Source of the DNA: Candidatus Dormiibacterota bacterium
GTDB taxonomy: Bacteria > Chloroflexota > Dormibacteria > Aeolococcales > Aeolococcaceae
Length of the DNA: 64,000 bases
Direction: 5' to 3'
NCBI GenBank assembly: GCA_963718525.1
Contig: OY970355.1
Coordinates: 64,001-128,000, forward strand
Of the stretch, positions 61,029 to 64,000 are shown piece by piece. The notes under the pieces were generated by a model, which did no database searches, was not told the origin of the DNA, and saw only the letters and a program-made list of their open reading frames with translations. Each line of letters starts with the position of its first letter. Position 1 is the first letter of the stretch. A program made the translations under genes and the position numbers.

Positions 61029-61782
61029 GCTGCCCGTCGCTGACGAGGCGCTGCAGCACATAGGTCATTCGCGCTTCCGCGGCGGCGAGGTGGCGTAGCG
61101 GATCGAGTGAGCTGGGGGCCTGGACGATTCCCGCGAGCATCGCGGCCTGGGGCCAACTCAGTTGGGATGGTGTGACACCGAAGTAGCCGTGACTTGCAGC
61201 GCTGATGCCATAGAAGCCGTGGCCGAAATAGACCTCCGAGAGATACATCGAGAGGATGGCGCCTTTGGTGTAGTGTGTGTCGAACTCCAGCGCAAGTGAT
61301 ACCCGCCGCACGCGTCCCCAGAAGCCGCCGGTGACCGCCGGATACAGCATGTGCGCAAGCTGCATCTCGATGGTGCTGCCACCGAGGTCCTTGCCCGTGA
61401 CAAATCCCCAGAAGGCACGCAACAACGCCACGTCATCGACGCCGTTGTTCGAATAGAAGGTCTCATCCTCGGCCGCGACGAGCGCTTGTGCGATGCGTTC
61501 TGCGGGAGCGATCGCCGTAGGCGCCGACCCACGAGCCCGGTCACCGGCGGCAACGATCGAAGGCGCCGTCGCCACGTTGGGGTCGGTCACGACATTGACT
61601 TCGAGCGCGATGGCGATTGTGTTGAGGCACACGAGCACGACACGGACCCAACGACGGACGTGTCGGTGTCGCGCCGAAGGTCCCACTGTTGCCGCTCCCT
61701 CGGGTCGAAGGGTTGGGCGTGGAACTGGGGCTTCGGGTGCCGAAACAGACGGGTCTGGGGTTATGACCACCGACATGATCAA
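60955..61782 (-). CDS. Monofunctional peptidoglycan transglycosylase (GT51)
   Basis: AEDETFY.NNGVD, GGSTIEMQL, MYLSEVYFG, AMLAGIVQAP. Confidence 0.88.
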   Translation of the reverse strand: MIMSVVITPDPSVSAPEAPVPRPTLRPEGAATVGPSARHRHVRRWVRVVLVCLNTIAIALEVNVVTDPNVATAPSIVAAGDRARGSAPTAIAPAERIAQALVAAEDETFYSNNGVDDVALLRAFWGFVTGKDLGGSTIEMQLAHMLYPAVTGGFWGRVRRVSLALEFDTHYTKGAILSMYLSEVYFGHGFYGISAASHGYFGVTPSQLSWPQAAMLAGIVQAPSSLDPLRHLAAAEARMTYVLQRLVSDGQLSARQAGRLETSSLGLLTARPALG

Positions 61783-61907
61783 CCGTGGCTCGGCGCAATC
61801 GGTGCGCCATCCTCTCTCGGAGGAAACGGTAACCGGCCGGTCCCGTTTCGGTCCAGCGCCAGGGACCGCCTGCCCGCCGCTTCAGTGCTCGGCGAGCAAC
61901 CCGCGCG

Positions 61908-62912
61908 CTATGGCGGCGGCGGACCCGCGCCGGACCGGCGCCGCATGTCCGCGTAGTGACGCCGCCAGATCAGCCTGTGGATCGGAATCCAGCGCGGAAT
62001 ATCACGCAGTCCAGGGATGAACGGGAGCAACAGGAGCAGGGCGGTCAGCAGCAGCATCACCCCGACCACCGCGAGGTCGGTGTTCGCCGAGCTGATCCCC
62101 AGAAAGCCGGTGGACGAGTTGAAGGGCGGGATCTGGTACCACATCGTGTAGAGCCAGAGCCACGCCGAACCCGGATAGCGGCCGGTCTCGTTCATCACAC
62201 CCCAGTCGCTGCCGATGAGCTTCTGCTGTGTCGCGAGGTCGGCGATGTAGCCGCCGTCATCGAGAAAGAGCAGTGGCCGGGAGAAATCGGTCTGGTAGAA
62301 GTGGTCGCTGGTCAGGAGCAGCGCATCCAGGCCACCGGACCTGGCCAGGGTGAGCATGCGATCCATCAGCACCGAAACCGGGCCGAAGTCTCCGGACGGC
62401 ACGGTCACGGTCCCGTCCGAGGCCACGGTCGCCGTGCCAAGCGCGGTCGTGTAGCTCGTGAGCCACTTCTGCTGCTGATCACCCGACGCCGCCTTGTACG
62501 TAGTCAGGGCCGAGGCGAGCGCGGCATCCCCCGCGGTCGCCTGGGTGAGCGGCTGGAGCACGAAGTCGTTGGGTGGGTTGATGGGAACGTGCACACCCGC
62601 CCACGACTGCGGAGCCAGCGGGCCCCAGCTCTGCACCGATCCGCTTCCCGAGTTATAGGGTGCTCCGTACCCGGCGACGATCGTCGTACCGGCGAGCTCC
62701 CCAGTTGCTGTCGTGAGGAAATCCACTGGATCCGCCTTCGACCAGGTCTGCAGGGTCACGGACGGCACGTCCGGCGATGAGAGCACCGCCGAGAGAATGA
62801 GCACCACTCCCAGGACGCCGATCATCGCGAAGGTGACCTCCTTGAGGAGGTCATAGGGCATCATCGGGACCCCGCGGTAGTAGGTCTTCTTGTCGACCTT
62901 CGACGCCTTCAC
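61908..62912 (-). CDS. Cytochrome b partner membrane protein (subunit IV-like with large extracytoplasmic insert)
   Basis: PYDLLKE+TM, long soluble loop, AWLWLYTMWYQIPP+TM; GTGA overlap with cytochrome b. Confidence 0.7.
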   Translation of the reverse strand: MKASKVDKKTYYRGVPMMPYDLLKEVTFAMIGVLGVVLILSAVLSSPDVPSVTLQTWSKADPVDFLTTATGELAGTTIVAGYGAPYNSGSGSVQSWGPLAPQSWAGVHVPINPPNDFVLQPLTQATAGDAALASALTTYKAASGDQQQKWLTSYTTALGTATVASDGTVTVPSGDFGPVSVLMDRMLTLARSGGLDALLLTSDHFYQTDFSRPLLFLDDGGYIADLATQQKLIGSDWGVMNETGRYPGSAWLWLYTMWYQIPPFNSSTGFLGISSANTDLAVVGVMLLLTALLLLLPFIPGLRDIPRWIPIHRLIWRRHYADMRRRSGAGPPPP

Positions 62913-63586
62913 GGCGCCACCTGGAACGGATCGTCGATTGGCCGAACCACGCCCTTCGCCCGCACCTGGATGATGTGGAGCACCACCAGGAGAGTCACGC
63001 CGATCGGGAACAGCATCACGTGCAGCCCGTACATCTGGCCGAAGTTGAGGGCGTTGAACAGTCCACCGAAGCCCGTCGAGTTGATCGCGTCCTTGGCGTT
63101 GATCGCGATCCACTGGGAGTCGAAGTTCTGCTGGACGACGTATCCGGTGAACGCGGTCCCGATGCTGATGGCGAAGATCACGACTCCCACCATCCAGGTC
63201 TTGGCTCTGCCGTCACGCCAGCCGGCGCCCCAGAACTGGCCCCAGAGATGGAGCACCATGAAGATGAAGAACATCTGGACCGACCAGAAGTGAATGCTGT
63301 TGAAGAAGTGCCCGACCGACGACACATGCCACCACGCGGAACCGAAGAATGCGAGCACGACGCCGCTGAGCACCACCCAGAACAAGGCGGCGATGGTGAC
63401 GACGCCGAAGACGTAGACCCACGAGCCGATGTACGCCGGCTGCTTGGTTGGGAGCAGTTCGGTGATCGGCAGCGTCTTCTCGACGCGCCGGCGGACGGAC
63501 GCAGTCCACCCACTCTCATTTTCAGCGGCAGGTGCCTCCGGCGCTGCGATCTGGTCGACGGGCTCAAACGCCTGCTGCTCAGTGAT
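62909..63586 (-). CDS. Cytochrome b N-terminal (b6-type) protein
   Basis: Heme His pairs H-X13-H and H-X14-H; AFTGY; start uncertain (ATC after AAGGAG). Confidence 0.88.
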   Translation of the reverse strand: MTEQQAFEPVDQIAAPEAPAAENESGWTASVRRRVEKTLPITELLPTKQPAYIGSWVYVFGVVTIAALFWVVLSGVVLAFFGSAWWHVSSVGHFFNSIHFWSVQMFFIFMVLHLWGQFWGAGWRDGRAKTWMVGVVIFAISIGTAFTGYVVQQNFDSQWIAINAKDAINSTGFGGLFNALNFGQMYGLHVMLFPIGVTLLVVLHIIQVRAKGVVRPIDDPFQVAP

Positions 63587-63728
63587 CGCGGGGCTCCTTC
63601 GGCCGGTGCGTCGGGAACGGCGCGATGAGTGCAAGCACGAAGAGCAGCACCATCACGCAGATGAGGATGAAGTTCGGCAGCGAGATGAGAATGAAGCCCC
63701 AGTGAATGTAGGGCGCCGGCGCATCCAT
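63579..63728 (-). CDS. 49-aa single-pass membrane protein heading the cytochrome b operon
   Basis: GGAGG RBS; MDAPAPYIHWGFILISLPNFILICVMVLLFVLALIAPFPTHRPKEPRDH; absent from ORF track. Confidence 0.75.
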   Translation of the reverse strand: MDAPAPYIHWGFILISLPNFILICVMVLLFVLALIAPFPTHRPKEPRDH

Positions 63729-64000
63729 TGGCAGCCTCCGTTTCAGATCGGGATTGTCAAATGCGAGTGTGTGGTTCGACGTGCGCTACTTGGAAGGGTC
63801 GGATGTCGGCGGATCAGGGTGACATGCGCCATCGCGGTGTGTGACCAATGACCTTGCTACAATACGTCCTGGCGCGCCCAATGCACCGGGCCACGTCGCT
63901 CGGAAGCGCCACCCGACCGCGTCGAACGTCGACGCGGCCCCTGAGATATCCCAACGTGTCGGCTACGATACGCGCGTGCTGATCCATGATCGGTACGGTT

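Noticed and set aside
61812-61850. Palindrome GAAACGG..ACCGGCCGGT..CCGTTTC
   Set aside because: Single copy; plausibly an ordinary terminator-like hairpin with no further support

Overview
High-GC bacterial chromosomal window, gene content typical of a soil Actinomycetota/Chloroflexota/Ca. Dormibacterota-like organism (taxonomy cannot be fixed from sequence alone). I found no rRNA, tRNA, CRISPR array or IS. Contents, left to right: a WYL-msrB-recQ operon with msrA nearby; a classical menaquinone cluster (menE, menB-A-C-D, menF, menG); ABC exporters; a NiCoT/Fur/CDF metal block; azlCD; tauE; an LLM oxidoreductase; GH3 and DUF1906-like hydrolases; a deleted ECF locus; a CGNR regulator; an ECF/anti-sigma/ABC operon; MMPL; a divergent pair of paralogous EAL-GAF-GGDEF genes with a 44-aa secreted peptide gene between them; an APC permease; an S9 peptidase; ADH; GT87; a redox module (SGGS-tailed protein, ferric reductase-like, NuoF-like, ferredoxin) with a two-component system; and a b6-type cytochrome operon. 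Main observations: (1) the peptide plus c-di-GMP enzyme pair is a candidate peptide-signalling system; (2) five +1 frameshifts all sit at GAACTCG and are each repaired by restoring GACTCG, pointing to a modified DNA motif misread by the sequencer; (3) two promoters near the two-component system share a motif; (4) the cytochrome b gene appears to start at ATC.
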